64,000 bases of DNA from Betaproteobacteria bacterium HGW-Betaproteobacteria-12 (GCA_002842345.1 PHCU01000018.1:2404-66403), one strand, 5' to 3'; positions 31,657-41,008 are shown, counted from the first letter of the stretch. Translations and numbers: made by a program. The notes: generated from the sequence alone by a model not told the origin.

Positions 31657-33849
31657 TCAGGCAAGTTTTAGCAAGATCCCGTGGCCATTCAGATTGTGGA
31701 TGAATACTCGGTCTTCACCGGAAGCCAACTCGTTGCACAGGGTGGTGACGCCGCCGCAGTATTGAAAACCGTAGTCATCGAATACAACTGCACCGCCAGG
31801 AGTCAAACGGGGCCAGATATATTCAAAGCAATCCTTGGCGGATTGATAGGTGTCTACATCGATGTGGGCAAAGCAGAACTTTGTCCCCTGGGGCAGAAGG
31901 TGGGCAGAGTCGTCGGGAAATATCCCTTCCAGAATAGTCGCATCGGGGGCACCTACCATTTGAAGTGCGCCCTTCAGGATATCGATATGGGTATTTGCAT
32001 GTTCGCCACCTCGATAGTGGCGATCACGCGTTGACGATTTCACGACGCCGGAAAAGGTGTCGCACAGGAAAAGCTTTTTGCCAGGAGAGTGGAGGTCTCG
32101 GCATTTGGCTAGCAATGCCGATGTTCCGCCTCGCCAGACACCGATTTCGATGATCTCACCGTCACGGGCTACGCACTGCCGTAGCAAGGACCAGAGTTCG
32201 AAACAGCGATAGATGTCTACCAACGTCAGGCCTTGAATGATTGAAAACGCTTCAAGAAACGGAGCGTCGGTGCGCCAGGGAGAATAGTTTGCTTTCGGGA
32301 CAACGGGCGCATAGGCATGGCGTTCTGGCGAATCGGAGTAGGTTACGGGGGGGAGTTCGCTCCAAGCCATCGTCCACACGGTCTGCATTGGTTGTGCCTT
32401 TCTGGGTTCGTTATTTGTTGATGCGCTTGGCGTTAGCTGTACAGGAATCTGCTCCGGCGCCATTTTTTGCTGGTTGTAGAGCGACAGGGATCGTTCGGTG
32501 ATGGGCAACATGCGATCGATGTCGATCAGGGCCACCATGCCTCGCCAGAAATAGATGATCTGCGAGGGGTCGAAGCCGTATTCCGCGATCAGATTGTCAA
32601 AGGATGAAGTGTCATGTGCGAAGGTGCTGACGATCACGGGATACGTGTGATATTTGGACAGGTTGTCCACCGAATCAACGGGGACGCCATACATCGTCTG
32701 CCCGACCTTTCCCCCGTAGAGGTCGATGATCGCGACGACATCCTCGCTGGTCATCTTGCGCATCAGCAGACCGCAGCCCGATCCGGCGCCGTAGATGACA
32801 TATTTGTTTCGTCCGATAGCAGCTCCGGCGTTTCCCTGTATGGCGTTAATGTCTTGAAGCGCTTCGTAAATATCGTACAGGTCGTGAAGCCCCAGGCGCT
32901 CAACAAGGCTTGCTGATGTGCGCCCGCCGTCGAACAGCCAGAACACGCGTTGGACGATCAGTTTTCTGAATTCATCCGTAAAAGTGCCTTGGGTAATTTT
33001 GTCCAGTTCGCAATAGGAGCGAATCATCGCCACTTCGTGCGCGGCCTTCTTTGCGGCGTCGACGATAATGCTCCGTGACCACGAGTGCGTTGTGTTGACG
33101 CGATATATCGACATCGGTCGCGCGCTATATACCGCTCCGCCCCGGATCGAGCCAAAAAACTGCAGATAAAGGTCACCGATTGTTAAATAGCCGCGCCCTC
33201 TGATGAAGCTGAAGAAATCCTGGAATGCCCTTTGCCGTATCACGCATGAGGCGGTCGGTAATGGGCCATTTCTCCGATGGAGCACTTCGATAAACGAGAC
33301 AATCCGGTCTGTCTCGGCGTAGTGCCCAATGCGTGTTTGCGGGAGGCCTGGTGCCGAGTAGTCGATTTTCGTGGCCTGATGAAAGGCCAGGTCGACATCC
33401 GGATGTGCTGTCAGCGCATCGATCTGGATCTGCAGCTTCGCAGGGTCGGTCCAGCAGTCATCCCCCTCGCAGATGGCGATGAATGCGGCGTTGCAGCGTG
33501 GATAGTTGAACTCGACGGAGGGGTATATGCCTTGGGAATACTTGTTTTCGGTTTGGTAGATCGGTTTGACAATGTTCGGATATCGGCCGTGGTATTCCTT
33601 GATGATCGCCTGGCTATCGTCGGATGAGGCGTCGTCATGGACCAATATCTCGAAGCCGAAATTCGTCACCTGGTTGAGGATGCCGTCAAAGGCCTGTCGC
33701 AGATACTTTGCATGGTTATAGGTAAGCATACTGACGCTGACCAGGCAGCCTTTGGCTTTATCCCAGCGGGCAGTGATTACCGCTTCCGAGGGCGGTTCTG
33801 CCGGAAATAATTCTGCCGAATCCGTGGCGATATGCTGATTTGCGAGCAT
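31657..33849 (-). CDS. GT2 glycosyltransferase fused to a TylF/MycF-type O-methyltransferase
   Basis: N-terminal TYNH..HDDASSD..CEGDDCW; middle IYGAGSG Rossmann-like segment; C-terminal EIGVWRGG, CDTFSG, HIDVDTY, VFDDYG. Confidence 0.8.
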   Translation of the reverse strand: MLANQHIATDSAELFPAEPPSEAVITARWDKAKGCLVSVSMLTYNHAKYLRQAFDGILNQVTNFGFEILVHDDASSDDSQAIIKEYHGRYPNIVKPIYQTENKYSQGIYPSVEFNYPRCNAAFIAICEGDDCWTDPAKLQIQIDALTAHPDVDLAFHQATKIDYSAPGLPQTRIGHYAETDRIVSFIEVLHRRNGPLPTASCVIRQRAFQDFFSFIRGRGYLTIGDLYLQFFGSIRGGAVYSARPMSIYRVNTTHSWSRSIIVDAAKKAAHEVAMIRSYCELDKITQGTFTDEFRKLIVQRVFWLFDGGRTSASLVERLGLHDLYDIYEALQDINAIQGNAGAAIGRNKYVIYGAGSGCGLLMRKMTSEDVVAIIDLYGGKVGQTMYGVPVDSVDNLSKYHTYPVIVSTFAHDTSSFDNLIAEYGFDPSQIIYFWRGMVALIDIDRMLPITERSLSLYNQQKMAPEQIPVQLTPSASTNNEPRKAQPMQTVWTMAWSELPPVTYSDSPERHAYAPVVPKANYSPWRTDAPFLEAFSIIQGLTLVDIYRCFELWSLLRQCVARDGEIIEIGVWRGGTSALLAKCRDLHSPGKKLFLCDTFSGVVKSSTRDRHYRGGEHANTHIDILKGALQMVGAPDATILEGIFPDDSAHLLPQGTKFCFAHIDVDTYQSAKDCFEYIWPRLTPGGAVVFDDYGFQYCGGVTTLCNELASGEDRVFIHNLNGHGILLKLA

Positions 33850-33937
33850 CCTGTTGTCCGATCAAATCGTGTCGTATTGCATTGTTATCTGTGGTATTAG
33901 GCAAAGGCAAAGCGTGATTATCTTTGCCAGGGCGAGC

Positions 33938-34741
33938 TTATTCGCCGTATACGGCCCAACAGGAATAGGGGCTCAGTGAATTGCGCCGGAGCCTGAGGTT
34001 GTTCAAACCGAGGATTTCGTCCAGTGCCCGTGTTTCTCCGGGGAAGAACGGGCAGTTCAGTTCGTCGAATGCCAGTACCGAGCCTTTCGTCAGACGCGGA
34101 ATGATTTTTTCCAGCACTTTTTTGGTTGGCTCATAAAGATCCATGTCGAAAATCGCCATGGAAATGATGGCGTGCGGATTATCGTCCAGCCATTTTTCGA
34201 TGGTTACCGACGCGTCGCCCTTGACCAACGCATGTTTTTTGATATGAGGCTGTGGTGCGAAAGATTCCATTAGCTCAAGGAGTCTGGACAAGGTTTCCTC
34301 ATAGTTCTCCAGTGTTGCCAAATCTCCGGGGCGGTAGTTGGTGTTGCCATCCTTCTTGTGGACGGAGGCAAATCCTTCGAAGGTATCGAAGCCGTAAATC
34401 ACCCTGCTTTGATTGAAGGGTTCATAGATGCTGCGCAGATTGATCAACTGGCTTAGCGTTGCACCCCATTGGACACCAAATTCGCAGACGACACCCGGTA
34501 CTTCGACGATCTTCTGGTATAGGTTGTTCAAATAGAGAAGTCGTGACAGGGAACTGGCGTTCAGCGATACCAGATTGTGGCGGTTCCATACTTCATCGCC
34601 AAACTGCGGAAGCAGGAACTCGGTAAGTTCCAGAAGTTCCTTCAGGGCCGACTTGGTTGCTTCAGTTTTGAGTGAAACGACATGTTTCCGGGCAGTTGTT
34701 TTAGGGGTGCTGCCTTTGACCTGCTTGCGATTTGTGCTCAT
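33938..34741 (-). CDS. TylF/MycF-like sugar O-methyltransferase
   Basis: CEFGVQWG, YGFDTFEGF, FDMDLYEPT, AFDELN. Confidence 0.75.
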   Translation of the reverse strand: MSTNRKQVKGSTPKTTARKHVVSLKTEATKSALKELLELTEFLLPQFGDEVWNRHNLVSLNASSLSRLLYLNNLYQKIVEVPGVVCEFGVQWGATLSQLINLRSIYEPFNQSRVIYGFDTFEGFASVHKKDGNTNYRPGDLATLENYEETLSRLLELMESFAPQPHIKKHALVKGDASVTIEKWLDDNPHAIISMAIFDMDLYEPTKKVLEKIIPRLTKGSVLAFDELNCPFFPGETRALDEILGLNNLRLRRNSLSPYSCWAVYGE

Positions 34742-34771
34742 TGTTTTCCTCAGTCAGTAAGGGGGTATTTT

Positions 34772-35983
34772 TCATCGAAGCAATGCTTCAATCATATCTG
34801 GTGCAAATGTTGGAATCCCTCTCCTGTTGGCGACGTCCTGTCGCTCCGAAAACGAGTCATCAATAAAAATAGATGATTCATTTTCGATGAAGTCGGATTT
34901 ATTTTCCCCATTCCTGAGGTGTATCTTCCTATCGAACAATTCTGACAATCGATACCTCTTTAACGTGGTATCCGGATCGTGAGCGTGGCGTGTTAGCAGG
35001 GTTATTTCCTTGCCCTCGCCTATGGCTTGATAGATAAAGGAAATCAACTGCGTATTTGGTCTTCCCCGGACGAGCAGACAGTCGTCGAGATCCACGAAGA
35101 CATGCTGGTAGTCGATGTCAATTTTGTAGCGGTTCTGCAATGCGCGGTCGAGTTCGATGCGATAGGTGTTCGGGACGACCGAGATGTCTTTTTCAAAGGC
35201 GTCAAATACGCTGAGCAGTGCGAAATTAACGCCCATGCATCGGAATAGCCCCGATGAGCCACCCAGGCGGGCGGCGACTTCCAGCAGCTTTGGTCGACCG
35301 CCAGCATCTTCCTTGGCCTGGAAGAACCACGCGCCACGAGGCTTTAGTACCTTGTTGATGAGTTGCGCCCATTGGGCAAACTCAGCCGAGAACGCGTTAC
35401 TGGGCTTGGTATTGACGCTAATCCCGTTGCTGATCCGGTTTCTGCCTCTTGCTGCCTGGAATCGCAGGCTTCCATGGCGATCGGAGAAGCAGTCGATGGT
35501 CCATTCGCTGCCGGGAAGATACTCAAGCAGGAGCATCTCGCTGCTCGGGGTACGTTCCAGAAAGACTAGAGCAGCCTCTTCTGATGCGACCAGTTGAGTG
35601 TTGCGATACGGGGTGGGCAGATAGTCACGAAGTAGCGCGTAGGTCGCTTTTTTTGATGCGCAGATTGCGGTTGTCCAGGCGGAGCTGCCAATGATCAGGC
35701 ACTGGAGGTCATCGGCGATGTTGTGAAGGGTTTCCGCAACAGCATCCATGGTCGGATAAATCGCATCGATGCGATACTCGAGTACGACTTCGGCGATTCT
35801 CCGGAGGAAATCCTCATCTTGATGAAAGGGGATGTCTGGGATGTATTCTTCGTAGACGAAGCGACCGTGGTCATCCACGCTGGAGGCACCGATTAGTTCA
35901 AAATGCGTTGAAAAGCGCATCGACCGGTGGATTTCCAGTCCGATTTCTGATCCGCAGGGAAAGACGAGGATGCGCCGGTTCAT
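34772..35983 (-). CDS. ATP-grasp domain fused to a HAD-like domain (possible internal deletion)
   Basis: EYLPGSEWTIDC, WFFQAK, LLEVAARLGG; C-terminal FVDLDD and FIDDS. Confidence 0.7.
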   Translation of the reverse strand: MNRRILVFPCGSEIGLEIHRSMRFSTHFELIGASSVDDHGRFVYEEYIPDIPFHQDEDFLRRIAEVVLEYRIDAIYPTMDAVAETLHNIADDLQCLIIGSSAWTTAICASKKATYALLRDYLPTPYRNTQLVASEEAALVFLERTPSSEMLLLEYLPGSEWTIDCFSDRHGSLRFQAARGRNRISNGISVNTKPSNAFSAEFAQWAQLINKVLKPRGAWFFQAKEDAGGRPKLLEVAARLGGSSGLFRCMGVNFALLSVFDAFEKDISVVPNTYRIELDRALQNRYKIDIDYQHVFVDLDDCLLVRGRPNTQLISFIYQAIGEGKEITLLTRHAHDPDTTLKRYRLSELFDRKIHLRNGENKSDFIENESSIFIDDSFSERQDVANRRGIPTFAPDMIEALLR

Positions 35984-37095
35984 TTCAGGGCATCCACCAG
36001 CGTATCCACAATGCGTAGTACTTGGCTATCCTCAAGTCCCGGGTAAATCGGCAGGCAGATAACCTGCTGTGAAACTTTCCGAGCGACTGGCAGGTTTTCT
36101 CGCTTGGCAGAAGTCAGGCGCCGATACATCGGCATGTCGCTGATCAGTGGGTAGAAATAGCGGCGGCCGTGGATGCCGGCTTTTTTCATGGCGTAGTAAA
36201 TCGCATCTCGGTCGTGGGCTGCATCGTCAGTAATGAGAATTGGCATATAGCTGGAGTTGGTCTCCGTCTGTTCCGGCTTGGGCAGTAGGGCAACGCCCCT
36301 TAGGCCAGATAGCGCCTTGCGGTAGAGGGCTTCGATTTCCTTGCGGCGCTGCAGTGCACCATCGATGTATTTGAGTTGCAGGAGGCCGAAGGCTGCATTG
36401 ATTTCGCTCATTTTCCCGTTGATGCCTGGAGCCATGACCGTCACCTCGTTGGAGAAACCAAAATTCTTCAGGAAGTCGATGCGTTCCTTCGTTTTGGCGT
36501 CGGGACAGACAATTGCCCCCCCCTCGAAAGTATTGAATGTCTTTGTTGCATGGAAGCTGAGGACAGAAAGGTCTCCGTGGCGGAGGACGCTCAGGCCTTT
36601 CTGGCGAACGCCGAAGGCATGTGCAGCGTCGTAGATAACCTTCAGGCCGTAGATGTCGGCAATCTGCTGGATTCTGTCCACGTCACAAGGGTTGCCATAG
36701 CAATGTACGGGGACAATAGCTGTTGTCTTGGGCGTAATCGCATCTTCGATGCGCGCTGGATCTAGATTGCAGGTCCGGGGATCGATGTCGACGAAGACCG
36801 GTTTGATGTTGTTCCACAGCAGGGAGTGTGCGGTCGCCACAAACGAGTAGGGCGTGGTAATGACCTCATCGCGGATACGCAGCGCTTGCAATGCCGTAAC
36901 CAGCGCAAGTGTCCCGTTGGTGAAGAGCGCCAGATGCTCAACGCCGAGATAGTCGCATAGTGCTTGTTCCAGCTGATTGTGAAAGGGGCCGTTGTTGGTC
37001 AGTACCTTGTTTTCCCATATCTGTTGAAGGTAGGGAGTGAACTCATCGAGTGGTGGCAGGAAAGGCTGAGTGACAAAGATGGGTTTGCTGGCCAT
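35980..37095 (-). CDS. vioA: DegT/DnrJ/EryC1 aminotransferase, VioA-like
   Basis: LTNNGP, TTPYSFVAT, IYDAAHAFG, SFHATKTFNTFEGGA, RRYFYPLI. Confidence 0.8.
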   Translation of the reverse strand: MASKPIFVTQPFLPPLDEFTPYLQQIWENKVLTNNGPFHNQLEQALCDYLGVEHLALFTNGTLALVTALQALRIRDEVITTPYSFVATAHSLLWNNIKPVFVDIDPRTCNLDPARIEDAITPKTTAIVPVHCYGNPCDVDRIQQIADIYGLKVIYDAAHAFGVRQKGLSVLRHGDLSVLSFHATKTFNTFEGGAIVCPDAKTKERIDFLKNFGFSNEVTVMAPGINGKMSEINAAFGLLQLKYIDGALQRRKEIEALYRKALSGLRGVALLPKPEQTETNSSYMPILITDDAAHDRDAIYYAMKKAGIHGRRYFYPLISDMPMYRRLTSAKRENLPVARKVSQQVICLPIYPGLEDSQVLRIVDTLVDALK

Positions 37096-37096
37096 T

Positions 37097-38854
37097 TCAG
37101 GCTACCTCCACACGATTTTTGCCAAATTGTTTGGCGCGGTACATGGCTTGATCGGCCCTGCTGATAGCAGAGGCTTGATTGTCTTCCGGGTGCATCTGGG
37201 TGACGCCGGCGCTAAAAGTGATCAATACCCGATCGTTGTCGTGCAAGAAGAATTTTTTCGTCAGTTCACGCTGAAGGCGAGTCAGCACGGCCTGTGCATC
37301 TTCGAGCAGTGTCTCGGGCAGCAGAATGACGAACTCTTCGCCACCGTACCTTGCAACAGTATCCTGTGGCCGCAAGGTTTCCCGGGTGACAGTGGCAAGG
37401 TGCAGCAAGGCTCGGTCGCCTGCGTCATGCCCCATCGCATCGTTAAGTTTCTTGAAGTTGTCGATGTCGAGCAGGGCAACGCAGAGTGAGGTGTCGTGCC
37501 GTAGGGCGCGGCCGATTTCCTTGCTGAAGATATCTTCCAGGCCGCGCCGATTCAATACACCTGTCAGTTGATCGTGGCGGACCAGTTCACTCGTGGTTTC
37601 CAGCTCGTGTTCCAGTTCACGAATGCGCGCTTCCGACGCCTGAACCTTTTGCTGCGTCGAGCGTAATTCGTCGCGCGAGCGTTGGGCATTGAGCTGGATG
37701 GTTCGCGTCTCGCGCATGACGTCTCCGAGAACGTTCTCAAGCTCGGTGATGTTGTTGGCAGCACTGATTTTTTCGGCACAGACCTCAATCTTGTCGTGGT
37801 AGCCGGAAGTGGCCTCGGCAAAGTCGGCAAGATGGTCGATGAAGCCGGTCAGCATTTGCTTGATTGCCTGCTTGGCATCGAACAGGCTGGCCTTCAGCTG
37901 GCTCTGCTTGAACAGCACTTCCTTCAGGCGTCGTTCGGCATCGTCGATGGCCCTTTGTGACAACGGCTTGCCGATGATCTCGCGCACCACTTCGACCTGG
38001 CCGTGCAGCCAGCGATCTTCAAGGACCAGTTCGGTTACGTTGTCCACGAGCAGGCGCAGCAGGCTGAGCAGGCTGTTGCGCAAGTCTGCCTGGTCTTCGG
38101 CAAGTAATTCCAGCTTGAAGGCAAAGCGCTTCAGGCGCGTGAGGAATTCCTGCATCTGGTCAACGCTTGTGGCAGTCCGGATGTCCTTGGCCAGTGCCTT
38201 GGCATCGCTGGACAACTGCGGGCTTTCCATCAACTGGGTGGCGATTGCCGTTTCCAGTGTAAAGGCGAACAACTGGCGCAGTTCGGGAAGCAGATCTTCC
38301 GGTTTGGAGGCGAGGGCGTTGGCCGGCGCCACTTTGACAGTTGGCGTTTGTGCCGTATTGGTCGCCTCTCCTTCGCGGCCCTCGCCCCAAGAGTGCAGCA
38401 GATTCTGCAGGCGATTGAACAAGGTCTCCGGATTGGTGGCGCTACTGGTCAGGACATGCTCGAGCGATTCGCGCTTGCGGGCCGAAGTCAGCCCGATATG
38501 CCGTGCATCCCACTGGTGCAGTAGATCGGCGATCAGGTCAGACCAAGCGAGCTTCTGCGTTTCTGCCAACACGCCAACGTAATCCGTCAGGTGGCTTCTG
38601 AATGCATCCCAGTTGGCCGTCTTTACCGCTTCCTCCAAATGCCTCGCCAAGCGTAGCTGATCCGGTGTGGCCTTGGGCAGTGCAGCCGCTAGTGCTCGCA
38701 ACTGCTTTTCCGGGAAGGGCTCCGCCATGACCTTGGCGCCGCTGATCTCTTGGTACAGGGTCAGGTAATTGTCCGGCGTTGGCGGCACCCGGCGAGCCGC
38801 CAGCAAGCGCAGTGTCTCGCGGGCGATCTCGAACGGATTGGCGAGTTTCGTCAT
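37097..38854 (-). CDS. Cytoplasmic coiled-coil GGDEF diguanylate cyclase
   Basis: DQLTGVLNRR, LDIDNFKKLND, RPQD I-site, ARYGGEEF. Confidence 0.9.
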   Translation of the reverse strand: MTKLANPFEIARETLRLLAARRVPPTPDNYLTLYQEISGAKVMAEPFPEKQLRALAAALPKATPDQLRLARHLEEAVKTANWDAFRSHLTDYVGVLAETQKLAWSDLIADLLHQWDARHIGLTSARKRESLEHVLTSSATNPETLFNRLQNLLHSWGEGREGEATNTAQTPTVKVAPANALASKPEDLLPELRQLFAFTLETAIATQLMESPQLSSDAKALAKDIRTATSVDQMQEFLTRLKRFAFKLELLAEDQADLRNSLLSLLRLLVDNVTELVLEDRWLHGQVEVVREIIGKPLSQRAIDDAERRLKEVLFKQSQLKASLFDAKQAIKQMLTGFIDHLADFAEATSGYHDKIEVCAEKISAANNITELENVLGDVMRETRTIQLNAQRSRDELRSTQQKVQASEARIRELEHELETTSELVRHDQLTGVLNRRGLEDIFSKEIGRALRHDTSLCVALLDIDNFKKLNDAMGHDAGDRALLHLATVTRETLRPQDTVARYGGEEFVILLPETLLEDAQAVLTRLQRELTKKFFLHDNDRVLITFSAGVTQMHPEDNQASAISRADQAMYRAKQFGKNRVEVA

Positions 38855-38876
38855 GTCGTAATTGGATCGATCAAGC

Positions 38877-38890
38877 TATAATCGCGCCCC
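38877..38890 (+). promoter_or_regulatory. -10 box and GC-rich discriminator of the tRNA promoter
   Basis: TATAAT followed by CGCGCCCC just upstream of the tRNA. Confidence 0.55.
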
Positions 38891-38897
38891 TGGCCGG

Positions 38898-38971
38898 GCC
38901 CCCGTAGCATGAAGGTCGTGCAGTTGATTTGTAATCATCAGGTAGCGGTTCGATTCCGTTCGGGGGCACCA
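38898..38971 (+). tRNA. tRNA-Thr(TGT)
   Basis: Acceptor GCCCCCG/CGGGGGC-ACCA, anticodon loop TT-TGT-AA, T-arm AGCGG-TTCGATT-CCGTT. Confidence 0.9.
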
Positions 38972-38975
38972 GTAA

Positions 38976-38988
38976 AATCAAACAGTTA
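38976..38988 (+). promoter_or_regulatory. IHF consensus site next to the putative att site
   Basis: AATCAA-ACAG-TTA matches WATCAANNNNTTR exactly. Confidence 0.55.
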
Positions 38989-39019
38989 GGCCATTCTTCG
39001 GAATGGCTTTTTTGTTTTT
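38988..39019 (+). terminator. Rho-independent terminator after tRNA-Thr
   Basis: GGCCATTC-TTCG-GAATGGCT followed by a T-tract. Confidence 0.85.
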
Positions 39020-39436
39020 CATTCTCCATTGCTCCTTGGTTGCTCCGGTGGCGATCAACGCTTTTCTGGCCGCCCGTTAATCAATTCCCCATGATAACTT
39101 GGGGTGGAGTAGGGCAGGAAGTATTTGCAAGCGACTCCTACGCAGGGAACTGCCCACGCATTCCCACTATCTGCGAGCCCAGTTTTGTGAGCCGGCGGTG
39201 TATGTCTTGAGATGATCATGGTGCGTGATCCCAAGCAAGATCCTGTGGATTTTAGATTTTTTCAATCACATATCACCTCATCGAGAAGGTGATCGTCTGC
39301 CCTAAAACATGGCAAATCGGCCAAATCAAAGCATTTAGCCTTGCGGTACCTCACCCCTAATCACGTTCAAATCAGCGAATACCAGAGATGGTGTTCGCTG
39401 ATTTCGTTCGTCCTTTCCATCTACAGGAGTCAGACA

Positions 39437-39775
39437 ATGAACATTCAATGCCCAAACTGTCACTCTGCGCGTATCACAACCCGAAATCGTGCCAAAAAGG
39501 CTGGTGGCGTTATCGGCACACTCGGTGGTGCAGCGAGCGGTGCTGTCGGCGCACTTTCTGGCAGTGAAATTGGCATGACCGTTGGCGTAGTTGCTGGTCC
39601 GCCCGGCATGATCGTCGGCAGCTTCCTTGGTGCTGTTATCGGTGCAATGCTGGGCGGCACGACCGGTGCTCTGGCCGGTGCCAAATTAGGCGAGGTCGTT
39701 GATGAGCGGATTCTCGACAACTATCTCTGCCTGGCATGCCGCTATACCTTCAGCAGCCTACCGGCTGATGCCTAA
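39437..39775 (+). CDS. Small Zn-ribbon / glycine-zipper protein
   Basis: CPNC at the N-terminus, CLAC at the C-terminus, GxxxG-rich hydrophobic core; RBS AGGAG. Confidence 0.75.
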   Translation: MNIQCPNCHSARITTRNRAKKAGGVIGTLGGAASGAVGALSGSEIGMTVGVVAGPPGMIVGSFLGAVIGAMLGGTTGALAGAKLGEVVDERILDNYLCLACRYTFSSLPADA

Positions 39776-39953
39776 GTTCAGTAACCCGCAATATCGCCAG
39801 CAAGGCCTTTCCGCCTGATTGGCAAACGACTGTCTCGTCCCGAGCAGTCTTGATTCTTCGCTTCCCGTAGTTTCTCCATCTCCACTCGTACTGACTCTTG
39901 CTGTTTGTTCTCAGCAGATTTGTCACGCCCAAAATTTCTTGAAAGGAAATCCC

Positions 39954-40922
39954 ATGGCACACCTCGTTTCCCAAATGGCCTATGTAGGCGCCGAACCCTG
40001 GCATGGTCTCGGCAATCATCTCCCCGCAAAACAATCCATCGAAGTCTGGGCCAGGGAAGCCGGCATGGACTGGCAGATCAAGGAAAGTCCAGTCCGCTTC
40101 ATGGCTGACAGCATCGGCAGTCTGGGCAGCATTCATTCCTTCGAAGATCAGAAAGTGCTCTATCGGTCTGACACCAAGGAAGCGCTGTCGGTCGTTTCTC
40201 AGCGGTATCAAGTAGTGCAGCCCCGCGAGGTGCTGGAGTTCTACCGTGATCTCACCGACGTTTCCGGCTACGAGCTGGAAACGGCCGGTGTACTTAAAGG
40301 GGGCAAGAAATTCTGGGCCTTGGCCAAGACCGGTCAATCGACAGCGCTCAAGGGCAACGATCAAGTCAATGGCTATTTGTTGTTGGCCACCTCTTGTGAC
40401 GGTAGTTTGGCAACCACTGCTACCCCGACCACCATCCGCGTCGTCTGCAACAACACCCTGACCATTGCGGTCAACGGTGCTACACAAGCGATCAAGGTGC
40501 CACACAGCACTCGTTTCGATCCGCAAGCGGTTAAGCAACAGTTGGGTATTGCCGTCGCGCAGTGGGATGCTTTTATGTACCGCATGCGCACCTTGGCCGA
40601 ACGCAAGGTGAAGTCGCATGAAGCCATGAACTACTTCCTCCGAGTGCTCTGCGATGTCCAGCCCGGTACCATCGATCCGGCAGGTCTCGCCAACGAACGC
40701 GCCTTGAAACGCGTCCAGGCGCTCTACGGCGGGCAAGGTCGAGGTGCTGAGCTCGATGCCGCCAAGGGAACTGCCTGGGGGTTGCTCAACGCCGTGACGG
40801 AATACGTTGACCATGAACGTCGTGCTCGCAGCACGGAATATCGCATTGACTCAGCATGGTTTGGCCAAGGCGCAGTGCTCAAACAGCGAGCACTCGATAC
40901 GGCCCTGCAACTCGTCGCCTGA
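39954..40922 (+). CDS. DUF932 family protein
   Basis: MAYVGAEPWHGLG, YLLLATSCDGSLAT, IRVVCNNTL, GTAWGLLNAVTEYVDH; RBS AAAGGA. Confidence 0.88.
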   Translation: MAHLVSQMAYVGAEPWHGLGNHLPAKQSIEVWAREAGMDWQIKESPVRFMADSIGSLGSIHSFEDQKVLYRSDTKEALSVVSQRYQVVQPREVLEFYRDLTDVSGYELETAGVLKGGKKFWALAKTGQSTALKGNDQVNGYLLLATSCDGSLATTATPTTIRVVCNNTLTIAVNGATQAIKVPHSTRFDPQAVKQQLGIAVAQWDAFMYRMRTLAERKVKSHEAMNYFLRVLCDVQPGTIDPAGLANERALKRVQALYGGQGRGAELDAAKGTAWGLLNAVTEYVDHERRARSTEYRIDSAWFGQGAVLKQRALDTALQLVA

Positions 40923-40954
40923 CATACCGAACCTCGTTTTTCTTCGCCCTGATG

Positions 40955-40990
40955 AATGCCCAGTACAGCTTCGGCTGACTGGGCATTTTT
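40955..40990 (+). terminator. Terminator-like hairpin before yqaJ
   Basis: AATGCCCAGT-A-CAGC-TTCG-GCTG-ACTGGGCATT-TTT. Confidence 0.65.
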
Positions 40991-41008
40991 CGTTCTGAAA
41001 GGTAGAAC

